Positions 12,771 to 26,461 of a stretch of DNA of 64,000 nt are shown one piece after another. Both the position numbers and the translations under genes were made by a program. The notes beneath the pieces were generated by a model that saw only the letters and a list, made by a program, of their open reading frames with translations, had not been told where the DNA came from and did not search any database. Position 1 is the stretch's first letter; each line of letters begins with the position of its first letter. Location: NCBI GenBank assembly GCA_030704615.1, contig CM060733.1, positions 36,890,001 through 36,954,000 on the forward strand, in the 5' to 3' direction. This DNA comes from Takakia lepidozioides (lineage: Eukaryota > Plantae > Bryophyta).

Positions 12771-13571
12771 GTAGTGCAACAGACTATCGTGACTCACCCT
12801 TCTGTTGAAAATCAGCTAGTTTATCGTCAGGGATGGTTTTCTGTTTTGGTTTGAAGGAATTAAAATTACATCAACACTCTTCAAGTTCTACCCAAGGAAA
12901 ACAGTCTGGGGCTGGTTTTTGTTTGTATATCTCCCTCATATCTCTCATTGAATGCTGATTTTGGCGTTGGCCGACCAGTGAGGCACTTGGAAACCATAGC
13001 ATCCTTCCCATCCCTGCCAATGACAACATCATGGTGTGTAGCTGAAAGGAAGGACAGATTACCTCCACTCGGCGGACAAAATGTTCCAGCCTGTGGAAGG
13101 AGCACAATCGCAAAGAGAGGGAGACATTAGGCATCGATGTCACTTACTGCCTCAGTCTCAAGCCCTGAATATCTATCTGCTCTCTTAAGATATCCAGACT
13201 GAACTGAACACTTTCAAGCCTACTTTTTCAAAGGAAAGATGAAAGCCAAGAGCGAATACATGTCCAGTTCAGTCTTATGATCCAATTGCAATGGCAATCT
13301 GTCTTTTTGCTAGTGTTGGGGAACCATTGCGCAAGCCTGTGGACAGGAGGATGCTGGGGCCATCCTCCTAAACTTGTGAGGGCCATCTTCCCCAGATTTT
13401 CGCATAGAACTTTGCATATTTGTGGACCTTCACTCTCCACGTGAAAGTTAGCTGTGGTAAACATTGGAAGAGATAAGATAAGATAAAGTTTCTTAAACAT
13501 CCAGTGAATTTACAGAGCCTACTGCTCAACACACAAGCCATCGAGGGCCCAATGGATGGTCTGAAGGCACA

Positions 13572-13650
13572 TGTTGAAGGATTGAACCCAGGATCACCTA
13601 GGTTATGCACAGGCAAGGCACAAACACCCAACCACTGGGCTACCTGCTCA
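13572..13650 (-). mobile_element. tRNA-derived SINE-like head (second copy ~56063-56141)
   Basis: The minus strand shows an A box TAGCCCAGTGG and a B box GGTTCAATCC at tRNA-like spacing, with no proper cloverleaf. Confidence 0.5.
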
Positions 13651-13991
13651 AGTGCAGTGATTTTATTGAAGCTTTGCCTAGTCCACGAGTCAAAAAAACA
13701 GTTGTCAAGCAGCAGGTTTAGGTGTCAATCACTATCTTCAGTCATGCCACCAGGATATAGTTACAAAGGTTGTGTCAAGTGTTCAAATAGCAACCAGCAG
13801 CCTTCTCCAACATTGCTGGCAGCCCAACAGCTTGCCCTAGCCTACATCTATTAACACCTCTGACCCTCCCTCCCCACCAAGAGTAGTTAGTGGTGCCACT
13901 GAGCGGACAAAAGATGAAGCCAAACAGAATCTGACAGCGATGTGTCAAAATTGCACATATTCTGCAAACACTGTTACGCTAAACTAACCTC

Positions 13992-16451
13992 TTACTTCCT
14001 TTTTTGCTTTGGGGGCTCAATGTCTGAATCTGAATCCTCCTGCTGCTCCTCATGCTCCCCATCTTCATCATCATCGTCCTCAACCTCCTCTTCATTGTTA
14101 CCTTCCGCATCCTCCTCCTCCTCTCCTTCCTCTTCCCCATCATCACCCTCCTCATCGCCCTCCTCATCACCCTACAGCACAACAGGACAAGAAAGTTGCA
14201 ATGACTTACATTCTTTATACGACGTTATAAAGCACCATTTAATTTAATTTCATTCTTTGGTAATGGTCCTCTGATAACAATGCTTGATCTAAAAGCATAA
14301 GAAATGACTGACAACTGAATGAACAACCACTAAGTTAGTCAACCATAAGAAAAGTTGTCAGGGCTTCATGTAGTAACCATCGATGAGAAATAGCTGGAAA
14401 ATGTCAGCCAAGGTAGATGTACAATGACATCCTAGTAATTGGTTCTGCATTTTTACAGAGGTGTTTGCTAGTCATACATTGCTTTGTGTTCTCAGGCAGT
14501 CCTACAGGACCTATGGGCAACATCTCATTTTGAAAAATACGTGATAGTCACGTGGGAGATTCAATACGATATTATACACCCCAGCTTTTAGTGTGCGAGT
14601 TACCAGTGACTCCTCTAGTTAACCATCCGTTGACATGTCTCCTAGAAATCCTAAATAAACAACTCAAATCTCCACATGCACGCTGTTTGATGCCATATGC
14701 ATTTTTGGTATGCCTCGTCCAAAACTACTTTGACCCCACAAAGTGATGCACAAATACAGTGAGATGAAACCTGAGCATACAGTCCAACTGGGAAATTCCA
14801 AATCTTCAAGTCCAGCCACATGCATAATATCAAGCAGAAATCTGCCCAAACAAAATGTGCTCCTTTTAAACTTTATGTTACTGACCTCTTCCTCGTCCTC
14901 CTCCCCCTCTTCCTTTCCCTCGGCCTCCTCCTCATCCTCAGCCTCACCTTCGTCCTCACCTTCATCATCAACACCTTCCACATCCTCTTCCTCCTCACCT
15001 TCTCCCAGATCTCCTTCCACATTGTCTTCCTCATCATCGTCATTTTCATCGTCATCCTCTTTATCTGCAAAAATATACAGAGTGAAGATACAACAATTAG
15101 GTGAGTGCCTGCTCAGGTCACACAAACTAGTAATACATCTACACCTATGGTCAGTTTATAACAAGGTCCAACATAGCCGACTGACGGGTTTGACAATCTA
15201 ATATGTGCTTCCTCTTCATCATATGTAGTCCTAGCAGAGTTATAAAAAAAGCAGTGAGCTTGCTATTTCTAGCACAGAGAACAACCTTTATGTTTAACAG
15301 CTGTAGAAACTCAAGCCCCTCATCAGAACTTCAATCTGTACATGTCCACCAGTGTCTGGGAACCATTGGACCAGAGGAAGTGGCCTATTGAAGCCCATAC
15401 AATTATATGAGAACCATGAACTGCTTTTTCCGAACATGCATCAAGTGACAATGCAATCCTACATATATGGTACACAGCAATACGAGAAGCTCAAAGAACA
15501 GAATGTACGTTTGCGGTACTTGTGGCCATAGACCCAGCACCCACTTCCGGCAGAACAAGAAGGAACAGACACTACCTTTGTGAGCGGCTCACTCCAGTAG
15601 TGGTACTTACCTCGATATAACAATTAGTTCGGGCTTTCCAGATTTCCTCTAGAAAGCCCTTCACACAAGCCTCTGCTGTGTGAGCTGCCCAGCAATTAGA
15701 CCCCAACAGGACCAGGGATTTAGGCTCAGCCTCGAAATTTTGAAAGTTGGTGAACAGAGATGCAGGGACTATGTTCTTGATGGTCCTGGAGAGGGTCGCT
15801 CTCTGATGAGAATACCCCCAATATTGTATCAAAAAATGGATATTGTCTTCAGGCCGCCCTCACATCGGGCATTGACAATCTCCCTTTCCTCTCTGCATCT
15901 GTCTATTATTCAAAGGAGGACTCCCCACCCCGAGTTTATATTTCAGTCTCATGCCGAGGGTCGGTTAGCCCTTCAGATCATCCTTAAGGTCCCCACCCAT
16001 GTCACAGACAGGAAACTGGAACAGAACAGAACAGAGACCAGAGAAGTGAGAGAAGAGCATCTAGAGGGGTAAATAAGAATGACAATATAGCTGATCCCCA
16101 CAGAAAACTGCATATCTTGGCTTGTCAAGAGGAACATTATTGCATCTAGGGATCTTTTGCTGCTGGCAGAATGCAACTATTGCCTTGAGGAACTCATGCG
16201 CACTCAAATTGTTGTTGTTCACAAATGCAGCATTTTTTACCTGCTGGTGCAGATGTTAACCACTCAGCAGTCTCTGAGTTGCTCAGTTGCTCAAACTCAG
16301 ATATGCCGCTCCTTTTGGTTGTTGCATGGTCTGTCAAGTCAGCCTTGCAGTAACCGATGTCCTGTAGCCTGTCATATGCCTGCATCATCATGCTCCACTT
16401 TACATTGTCTCCTCTTAGATCTAACCAAAATCCCAAGTAACATTTCCACAT
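13992..16451 (-). CDS. Hyper-acidic (Asp/Glu-rich) protein, ~189 aa, with C-terminal NLS-like PPKQKRK; exons 16451-16241, 15064-14886, 14171-13992
   Basis: ATG at 16451. GT-AG junctions are phase-compatible (phase 1, then phase 0) and give an open spliced frame ending DSDSDIEPPKQKRK*. Confidence 0.7.
15517..15935 (-). mobile_element. Non-LTR retrotransposon (LINE) 3' fragment in an intron; relatives at 22345-22780, 57917-58335 and 63745-64000
   Basis: Homologous blocks encode a Cys/His knuckle-like CxC..IHFLIxC and FLExIWKAR, typical of the C-terminus of LINE ORF2. Confidence 0.55.
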
Positions 16452-18544
16452 ATCAGAAGCCCCTGGGAAGCCCTCTCCCCCTCCCTCTGCCTGCTCTCAT
16501 CCTTCAACTTGCAACCCAAAAAAACTCGCTGCACAAGCTCCTCAGAGTTGTACCATAGATATTTTCAATCCCATGCAAGACTGAATTCTGGAAGGGTAAC
16601 GGATAACTCGGATCCTGACTAGAGATGCATTAGCTACATGAGTCTAAGCAATTCGAACGAATAGCGCAGTAGTTATGGCACCTAGGCACACCATGGACGG
16701 TTACTAGGTTCAAAAGTAGGAACCAACAAGCCACCAAGCCAGCATGAGTTGTGGCTTTTATTACATCGCCCACACAGCCATAAGGTTGGGCATCACATGG
16801 CCGTTTACAAGTCAATAGGGAAGACTCGACACTAAACCCCGGTCACACTAAATTAGCCATATCAGTGCCAACTTTCAAACAAGGGCTTGAGGGGGCATTA
16901 GTGATGTTGGGGTTCTATTTTTCCACCTTTGCAACTGTTATTGGGCAAGTGAAACAACAGTCTACATTATGCAAGGTTGCATGGACAAGGAAAATACCCG
17001 ATTAAGGACTAGAGTGTCAAACATCTTAAGAGACGTGTGGCTTAAAATTGTCAGCACTGGAAATAGCTCGAGAGCCAAAGAGACACTGCACATCACTCCC
17101 ACCACCAGATGAATTAGACAATCACTTGCTCCCAGATAGGGGATCAAATATCATGTACGACTCTTATGATTACACTATGAGAAAGACTTGCCAGGTTCTG
17201 AAGATGGAACTGAAGGTTCACAAGAAGCAAGATATAATTTTAATAACTAGCTACGGTGTGCAGAAACTACACCTCTATTCAGACTTGGAAATGAAGCTTG
17301 CCTATGTACATGGGAACCCAGTTATTGTAACTACTCGCTAGTGGCCCAAAGCTGACAATAACTACATAGAACTGACCCAAGGGTTGGGGCAGTGCCATAC
17401 ACAAATTCGGAAATAACACATACCTGTAGGGGAGGACATTAGCCTAGTAGAGCAATAAACCCATGAATGCCTAGTTTACTTTTATGACAACTGACAACAA
17501 TTTCATAGACCTTCCTTGCACTTGTTTGGATCAAACAATGTGTGTAAGGAACGTTTGATAACAACAGACCAACCACCAAACCAGAATATATCCACAATTT
17601 CAAGCCAGTATTGAAAGCAAAACAGATCCTTGTGCGAAGCTAAGAACACCCAAAGCTGTGGCAACGACTCAACCCCACAAACAAGTTCTCTGCACTACGC
17701 TTTTCTCTGACCTCGGAATGCCAATCCCGGATCATATGTGCATGCTGGTCAGAGCCACCTTGCACCTATAGACTGCCTCTTGCATCTTTGCTTACAGTAA
17801 GTTATCACATTTCTATACTCCAGATTCTGTGGGATGCTTCTATGTTGAGGATTTGGAGTAGTTGTTATTCTACCTTTTAAGTTGTAGTTCAGTTGGGTTC
17901 AGGTCTCTCTCTATATTCCAGCCCGTTCTCACATTCCAGAGTTGCAAGTTTTCTGAAGGGTGCTCGTAGAGTGCCAAGTCAGCTTCAAGATCTCACGAGC
18001 TGGAATCCTGGGGAAGCTCATTCTCTGGGAGTTGGAATTCGGCTCCTGCATAACAGAAATGGTAGGCTGACAAACTGAATTACTTTCCTTACTGTGGGAG
18101 AGAGATCTCATTAGTGGATGCTTTGGGTTGCCCTGTAGACCTCGTTTCCGCTGAGGGACAGTTGCTACATCAAGAAATGAATCATAACAATGCTGGCTGT
18201 GACAAGCATAAGCACTATTAGGCAGTGTCAAAGAAAAATATGTATGTATCCTGTTGCCACTTTGGGCTGTTAGATTACTAGCCTGCTAAATCTCCCAGAA
18301 CATGCAAATCTGCTGATCACAACCTGTCAATGAAATGCCTTTTACCCGCGCAGGGCTCTTTTTCTCCTTTCCTCTTTTCTTTCCATCTGCTATGCTTTCT
18401 TTCTAGGCCTTCCCTTCTGGCCCTCTTTCCCCCCTCTTGTGCTGGGTAGTTCTCTGTGTTCATAGCCCCTTGGAGGTTATTTTTCCTCTTGTATTCTACC
18501 CCTCTTATTCCAGGGCTTTCTATCAGATCCTGTTTTTAAAGAAC

Positions 18545-18870
18545 CCAACAAACAAATGCAGCGGGAATGCTTCAAGCCGAATGGCATCACCTTTATTTCT
18601 CTTCTGTTTGCTTGCGGCCATGGGGGTCTAGTGGATGAAGGCTGTTAATACTTCGAATTCCATGAGCCGAGATTATGGTGTTACTCATACAATTGGACCA
18701 TTTTGTGGACCTCCTTGGTCGCATAGGGTCATTGGATGAAGCAGAAGATTCCATTAACAGAATGCCAATTGAACCGGATGCTGGGCTCTCTGGGTCCAAG
18801 TCCTTACATTTTAGCCTGTGGAGGAGCAAAAAAGCACCTAGCATTGAACTGGCTATGTCAACATTCAGTT
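18545..18870 (+). pseudogene. PLS-PPR C-terminal fragment (P2-L2-S2); second copy ~59982-60308
   Basis: QMQRECFKPNGITFISLLFACGHGGLVDEGC*YF, then after a frameshift VDLLGRIGSLDEAEDSINRMPIEPDA. Confidence 0.85.
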
Positions 18871-20073
18871 AGGTCAGTAGTTTTGACCATCGGAAGATGT
18901 GTGAAGAGGGATGTTGTTCCTTCCTACTTGGTGTTAGATACCAAAGCATTAGGAGCCAGTCCCCTTAACATGTATGACAATTGACGAATGCACCTTCCAC
19001 CTTCTGCAGGAAGTTGCTTGGCATCTCTGATTTAGCCGCCACCAACTTGGTCAATAGAAGCCACAACATGAATGGATCTACCTCTGCACCGGCAACCAAA
19101 CAATGACATGACCATTATTTAAGATGCTGAGGTAAGTTATGATACGATCGCATGTAGTTTCACACTTTGGGAGTATGATCTCATTGTGGACAGCAATGTA
19201 CTATAGAAGGAAGAATAGGTCAGTTGCATGCTGCACAATGAACTATAACAAGATGACATACACGGAACAATTATCATGCATATCAACATAACTCATGGTT
19301 CCTTGCTCCACTTGTATACTGACCCTAGCTTGTGGCTTGTTATAAAAATGTCAGGGAATGGCTGGAACTGCCACAGGTCAGGCACAATCCACCCACAAAT
19401 TGAGGCAGGGAGACCTCCACACTTTCAATCTTAAGCGGGACTTTGTACACTTCCTTACCTTACCATGCTACATGAATTTTTGTAATCGGCTTCTGTTTGA
19501 AAGTATTTCCACAAGCGACAGGTGACATGCAAACTTGAGTTCCAGTGTATGCGAGTCGATCTGACTACGAGAAAGTTGCCCCATTGCAACTTACAAGAGA
19601 GTACCTCTCAAATGATTGTGTACAATCTGGTGAAAAAGGGAGCAATCTAACCAGTCAAACTAGAAAATTCTGCATGGTAGTCGAATCTTCTTGACATAAC
19701 CGTATCTACAAATCCCTCATTTTGTTCTAGTTGAGGTGGATTGAAAAATTTCCTTGCAAATACAAAGCAAGATTCTGTGGCTTCCAGGGGGGACAGCTGG
19801 AAGGAAAGAGTAGCTGGAAAGAAAAACTGGATGGGCTGCGACAATGAATTGCAGGACACTCTGAGAGCTCTACTTCAAAAGAACTACCCAGACATCAACC
19901 CTCATACAATTGCCTGTACATTTCTTGCAAAGCCTACAACAATTTTATTAATGACCAACCTCAAACAATGTAAATCTGGAAAAAGGGAATTTCTCACTTG
20001 ATACACCTAGGGAGGACTAACTGACCGCAATACAAAGCCCCAAAACTTTCCAGCAAGATAGCAGGTTTTGGTG

Positions 20074-23000
20074 TTATTGGCGTCCCACCACACCAGCAGC
20101 CAATGCTGCAGCAGACTTTTCTGCTGTCTCTTTCTCAAACTCTTTTCGCCTTTCCTCTGCATGCTGAACCAGGCCATGAGCCATAGCTTGGTGCTGAAAA
20201 TCCAATGATCCGGAAAGGGCTTGGAATCTTGCCGGATCGGTGCCTGATATTGCTGTATCATACAGACAGCAGTTACCAAGAGGTAAATTGAAACTGGAGG
20301 TATATACGAAACCGTTGACTTTCTATACTAATGTCAAAGGAAAAAAAACACACCATTTTCATGCAGAAGACCTCTCCAACCTGTTTCTTGCATCCTTTCA
20401 ATTCTTGGTGCGCAAGCATACAAGTGCTGCGATCATTTATACCTATTATTAGAAAGTTTTTTCGTGAAATGCAGAAACAAAGGATTGTTTGCAGCCTACT
20501 CTCTTACAGGAGGATACAGCCTAGCATAGCTACGGTAGTACACACCCATACACAAGAGTTACACACCTTTCATAACATCAGAAAAGAAGATGAAGGGATC
20601 CACGTTGTCAATGGGTGCCTGAAACTCCTCATCGTCCGTAAACTCATCATAAGAATCATCGGAGTCATCCCCATGTGTTGAGAAGACTTTTGCCTGTTCA
20701 GCCCAGCAGAATCAACAGATCATCTCACCAAACAGATAAACATCAGTGTCAGTTCTACGTCCACACTCAGGCCTAAGGGAATCCAGTACAGATTGTGAAC
20801 ATGAAACGATAGTCTAATCCAAATTGAGAATACCCACACTGATTTGAGGACACATGGGTTGACTGTACAAGCATGTATTCTACCTGAGCGGCCATTCTGG
20901 AGCTTCTGTGTTTCAGCTTCTTCATCACCCTCATCATCATCATCCAGCTCCTTATCCCAGTCCCCGTCATCACCAGAACGCCAGCCATCCAAATCTTCAT
21001 CATCCTCATCCACATCCTCCACCTTACCTGACTCTATAAACAGACCCTCCCAGACATGTCAGAAAGTGAAGGAGATTGAAAAGACATACATGAACATTAA
21101 AAGAACAACTGGGTACTGCCATAACAATGACGAAGACATGTCAAAGACGACAAATATCACAGCATCCAGAAGGCACCCTGCAAAAGAAACACGAATGTCA
21201 TTAGAACAAGTAGAAACCAACCTGCGTGCTGATCCTTGTAGGCCACAAGCAGCTTGAGGAGAGCCCGGAAAACCTGATCCAGACCTACCTGCAACTCAGG
21301 TGGCATTGCTGCCACCGGCACTGGCAGCAAAGATGCCATCCCCAATATGCAAACCTTCTTATCATGCTCCCTGTAACACACCATTCCCCAAAATGAGTAA
21401 TCAGAAGGAACCTCAGGAGCCATATAAACGAGTTCAACAAGCCACTAGTTACAATCAGAAGACCACTTTCTTGTATGTTTCATGGTTAGTTTCATGGTAT
21501 GTTTCATAGATAACAGGTGCCAGTCTTCCTTGTATGGCTTACAAATACAACAATACCTCGTAGGAATCAGTACCTGATGAAGTGAACAGGTTTTCCGGTC
21601 GTCTTCACTTCGTAAAGCATTTGAAACCAAGCTTGGAAAACTTCGCCAGTCACTCCCAATTTTTGTAGAATATTGAGACATAGGCCTGCATTGTAGTAGA
21701 GCCCATTTGCAACCTGCAGAAGTAGAATCCCACAAGCCTCGAATTGCCCATTACTGAAACTCATAAAATGAGCTTTTCAGCAAGGTACATCAATGGTGTC
21801 AGACATCTTTTAAAGGCTAACCAACCAAGGAGCAATCAATTGGCAAAACCTGAAAAAGTGATGTAGGCATGCTTCACACTAGGAAGTACACACAACCCCT
21901 TCATGATACAACTAATTCAACTCTAATTATTCCAAATGATACACAATGCCAGAAATTGCATGACTATCCGAATGAATTGATGAGTGATATTAAATGACAA
22001 AAAGGATAGCGAGAGGCGAGGGGCCGGGGGGGTGTGGTGCTTTATCCGTCAACTGAGTCGCGCGAAGGTAAGTTCAGAGACCTGTGAGAGAAAGCAGACG
22101 TACCACTTCCATCACTAAGTCCTTCAAATAGTTCTTCCTGGTCTTTCGAAGCCTTTCAACACTGACTCGTAAGTAGGGCTCCACCCATTGACCCACACGT
22201 CCCCGGCAGTTTTGTAACACTGCCTCTATCAACTTTGGTGCTGGCTCGATATCACTGTCTTCAAGTTTGTCATCTGATAAAACCTGTCACATCTTAACAC
22301 TTTAAGCAGGTGCGATAAAGAATGTACTCATTAGGGATTGTCTACCGCAGCCTTGTGGCCATAGACCCTGCGTGCCCAGTTTGGGCGGAACAAAAGCGAC
22401 CAGAAACTACCTTTGTGAGGGGCTCAATCCGGTAGTGGGACTTACCTTGGTATAGACAATTAGTTCGGGCTTTCCAGATATCCTCTAGAAAGCCCTTCAC
22501 ACAAGCATCAATCTGCTGTGTGTGAGCAGCCCAAAGTTAGACCCCAACAGGGCCAGGGCGTTAGGCTCAACCTCACGATTTTGGAAGTTGGTGCACAGAG
22601 GAGCCAGGACAACGTTCTTGATTGTCCAGAAGAGGGTCACTCTATAGCAAGAAAATCCCAGACAATGTATCAGGAAATGGATACTGTAATCAGGTTGCCA
22701 CATCAGGCAATTACAATCTCCTCTTCCTCTGTGCATCTGTTTAAAGGTAGGCTTCCCGCCTGGGGTTTAAATTTCAGTCTAGCGCCAAGGATAAAAAGAC
22801 AAATATAGAGAGAAACGAAGCTCAACTCAGGATCAGTTTTTGGAAGCACAAGCCAGCAATGAAGAAGCAAGAATAACATCTTCACCTTTCAAATATGTTA
22901 TCCTTGGTGACATCAAGCCATGAGAGTTTTCACCTGCACATTCCATGAGGGACAGCAAGGATAACAGAGCTCTTACCGTGGATAAAATCTTAAAAAGGCT

Positions 23001-23080
23001 TTGTTGGTAGTCTGGATCTTTACACAACAAAAAATGCTCCGTACTCCTTGAAATGTAATTATCCATTGGCACCAAAATGT
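20074..23080 (-). pseudogene. SAD2: Importin-beta SAD2/importin-7/8-like C-terminal fragment, 7 exons, 5'-truncated and frameshifted (copy 1)
   Basis: GT-AG exons encode [67 protein letters not shown], an acidic loop, PIDNVDPFIFF and DPARFQALSGSLDFQHQAMAHG. There is a phase conflict at the donor near 20884, and no N-terminal exons are seen upstream. Confidence 0.85.
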
Positions 23081-25653
23081 CTGCAACAAGACGTCCACTG
23101 TCAATCATGAAGCAACCAATGCTGAAGGACCCAAAACACCTTCGCTGCTGCTCATTGAAACACAGAAACAGTCACCCTACAACCTCATACTGCTGTTTCC
23201 ACTGGGTTCTTGGTTAGGTGTCTACCCTAGATTGAAGAGTTGTTCCTTGTTAAACAAGCTTTTGATCGACAACAGCATTAAAGTGATGAGTTGTCATTGG
23301 CTTAACGGCCCTCGCATTGAAGACAGCTCAACAGACATGAACAAACAAACATAATAAAAACCAACATGAGAGGACTCAGTGCTCCTACTTGAAAAGTTAT
23401 CTGACAGAAACCACCCTCACAGACAAACTTTTCTAATACAAGCACAAACCAAACCTTCCTTTGTATCTTCCAGAAACTAAAGCTGACCAATTCACAAACA
23501 TCCAGTAGGTTTCTGAAAATTAACTAGAGAAATACAATCTTTCCAACTTAGCATGCAACTCATGGGCATGGGGGTGCAACACAAGACCAACAAGTGCATG
23601 AACAGCACTTATTTGATTTGCCAAGGGAGTGTAGAACAACCAATAACTTGGAGCAAGACAGCAGAGATTGGAATCCCAACCTTGACCATCCGTTGCCAGC
23701 AAAAATGTACTTGCGGGGAGACCAAAAAAAAAACCAGGTCGGAAAGAATGGGATTTGGACAATGTGTTGGCTCCTGCAGTGATGTAGCCACCAGCAAAGA
23801 TTGGGCAACTAAGAGCGGAACTAGACTATTATATTACGGAACAGCGGATCTTCACGCGTCAAGAACTACACGACAAAGGGAAGTTCGGTGTCAAAACATT
23901 ATAATCTTTCAGCATCACTTTGACTTTGTTTTCGTCGATTAACAGATCGGCTAGAGAGAGAGAGATCTGACAGATGCGCTGACTGATCAGAGTGATGTGG
24001 GAAAGACTAAATTCAGAGGCAGGAACAGAGACCAAAGGAGAACGAGAAGAATGTCTTTTCAGGGGGAGGTGTGATGGTCACTTGAGAAAGTTTACTGAGT
24101 ACTTACTCGAGCAGCAGGCGACGTTTCCTCCTTGATTGTACGCTTCCGAAAGGAACTCGTAAGGATACACTGTGCCTCTTTTATCGGCTGCTTGTCTGCT
24201 GCCGGCAACTCCGCATTTCTTTTATCCTCCACATGAGAGTCAACATTCAGCACTATTGATCGGAGGACGGAAACGATGAAGAGATTCATCGATGAAAGAG
24301 CTGTGTGCATGCCTTTTTGCCCTCATTTTCTGCCTGAACCTTGCACTCCTACCACAGATTAGAGTTTGCCTCCGCATGAGGCTGAAAATGACTAAAACAA
24401 TCGCCACCATCCTGAACACGGTAAGAGCCCTTCATCCCTTGTTGTGAACTTTCATCCCACACATCACTGCTCCTACTTCGCACTTTCAAGAGCTTATGGT
24501 GCTTCCCAACACCACTTTAACAAATGCCCATATGTTTATAACATTCTCTGTTCCTCACTACAGGAAAAGTCTAATATTGTACCCTTGCATACTAGTTGGC
24601 TAGCTCACCCACAGAGCTACTGACTGCACTTTAATGACAAAAACACATGATAATAACACAAATGCAATGATCCAACCCTTCACTCGTATTACTATCCACA
24701 CACATTCTCTACATTATACCGCCCTACCAATTCTGGTACAAGTCTTATTACTACATCACAAATACCATACATCAGCATATGAACTCCTCCTTTCATACAA
24801 GTATTACTCAAAAGGCACTCCCTCCATCCCTTCACAAAATAGACATAAGCAAATCCCTTCTCAGAAGAATGGCAAAGGCACATATCTCTTAGTCTCGTCA
24901 TATAGATTCTGCTCAAAAGCTGCAGCCTCTATTCCCACTTACACCAAAAATATACAGGCCTCCCCCTCCCCTCCCACTACAATACACCTATCTTACATCT
25001 ATCTTGGCATAAATACCTCTTCCCACCACTCCTAAATTACCATGACCAAATGCCTACCTGCCTCTTCTCAGATTTATCACACCCTCAGACAACATGTTTC
25101 TCTGTCAAATAATACCTGCGATGCTCTAGTGTAACATCTCTACTACCTCGGCCCACCACATTAACCAGATCATATGACTATGCTACACACCATTCACACA
25201 CATTAAACGACCAATTTTATAAAAAGTACGGAGTGCCAAGCACTCCATTGAGTGTGGAAAAAGCCATAAGGCCATCAGATCCATTGTAAGGATCTCTAAC
25301 CGTAGCCCCAATCTCGATACTGCTTAAGCCCTAACACTCACCATAACCCGCGGGTCACACAAGATACCTCAGATCCCACTCTCTCATCTGTATTTTACCA
25401 TACCTCTGCTAATACTACCAGGTAGCGCTATCTGGATTAGAGAATGGAGATCTTGCCCCACACAGGTGGACCTCTGGATTAAGGAAATCCAGCTTGTACC
25501 CACCCAATTGGTACTCTTTTTACTATGCAAAAAACCCTTACTGCACTCTCCAGCAGTGCTTCAGCTGTAAATCCTCCAAGACCCACGTACAAGCAGTACG
25601 ACATGCCGGAACCCCCTATCTTTTGGCCAAACCACAGATCACACCCCACTTTG

Positions 25654-26214
25654 TCAATTCAAGGCGAACCCTAAGTGATAACATAGGAGGAGTCGCTTCG
25701 AATCCACATCACCGGTCACAGGGAGGCGATAAAAACGGAGTAGCTCGTCGAGGGCGTCCTCTGCCAAGCGTATACATGCAACCTTGCTTGCCGGGAAGCG
25801 AGGGGGAAGGTTCCCTTCGTCATTCACCACTCCCTGCAAAGGGGAAACCAACGCCAGGGAAGAGTTTACTATCCTGGATAGGCTTTGCTGCTGCGTAATA
25901 CCCAGCCTTTGTTCCAAACGTTGGAACCCACTAGCTTGACTGACCTGCAGCGCGTTCACCTGTGCCTGCACCCCGGTCACCTGTGCCTGCAGCGCGTTCA
26001 CCTGTGCTTGCACCGCGTTCAACACATTCAACATGTTCTGCTGCGCTTGCTGCAGGGTCACCATGTTTTCCCGCATCGACTCCATGCTCGTCGCTATGCG
26101 TAACACTGCTAAGTTCTCCAGTTTGGGGACCTCTTCCCCCATAGTTTGCAAAGCTACCCCTAGGACAGGGACCTCGACTCCCATAGAGCGGAATGCTGCC
26201 CCTAAGGCTACCAT
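25654..26214 (-). CDS. Intronless coiled-coil protein with a Mug135-like C-terminal domain (186 aa)
   Basis: Intact ORF with heptad repeats AQVNALQ/AQVTGVQ. The C-terminus NDEGNLPPRFP..L..LLRFYRLP..G....KR..L..HLG resembles the Mug135_C pattern as I recall it. Confidence 0.6.
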   Translation of the reverse strand: MVALGAAFRSMGVEVPVLGVALQTMGEEVPKLENLAVLRIATSMESMRENMVTLQQAQQNMLNVLNAVQAQVNALQAQVTGVQAQVNALQVSQASGFQRLEQRLGITQQQSLSRIVNSSLALVSPLQGVVNDEGNLPPRFPASKVACIRLAEDALDELLRFYRLPVTGDVDSKRLLLCYHLGFALN

Positions 26215-26461
26215 TTTAGGGTGTTAGGTCATCAAGAAAATGCGAATTAATTAATTAGAGCGAATTTAGCACTACCCCCCCCCCCTAGTGCTAAATCTAA
26301 ACAGGCGCGCCGTTTTTGGGCAGCTGCCCGCGCCATTCTCTGCCATCGCCATTCTCATTCGCCATTTGCTTCTTCTTTGCTGTTCCCTTCTCCTTCGCGC
26401 TCTCTTTTGGTTTTAGTTTCTCTTGCTCTAGTGCTCCTGTTCCCCTCTCCTGCATTGCATC

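Noticed and set aside
13942-15201. Ser-rich and His/Pro-rich plus-strand ORFs (also 20844-21257 and 56433-57604)
   Set aside because: Antisense or off-frame readings of GAR/GAY-rich acidic exons.
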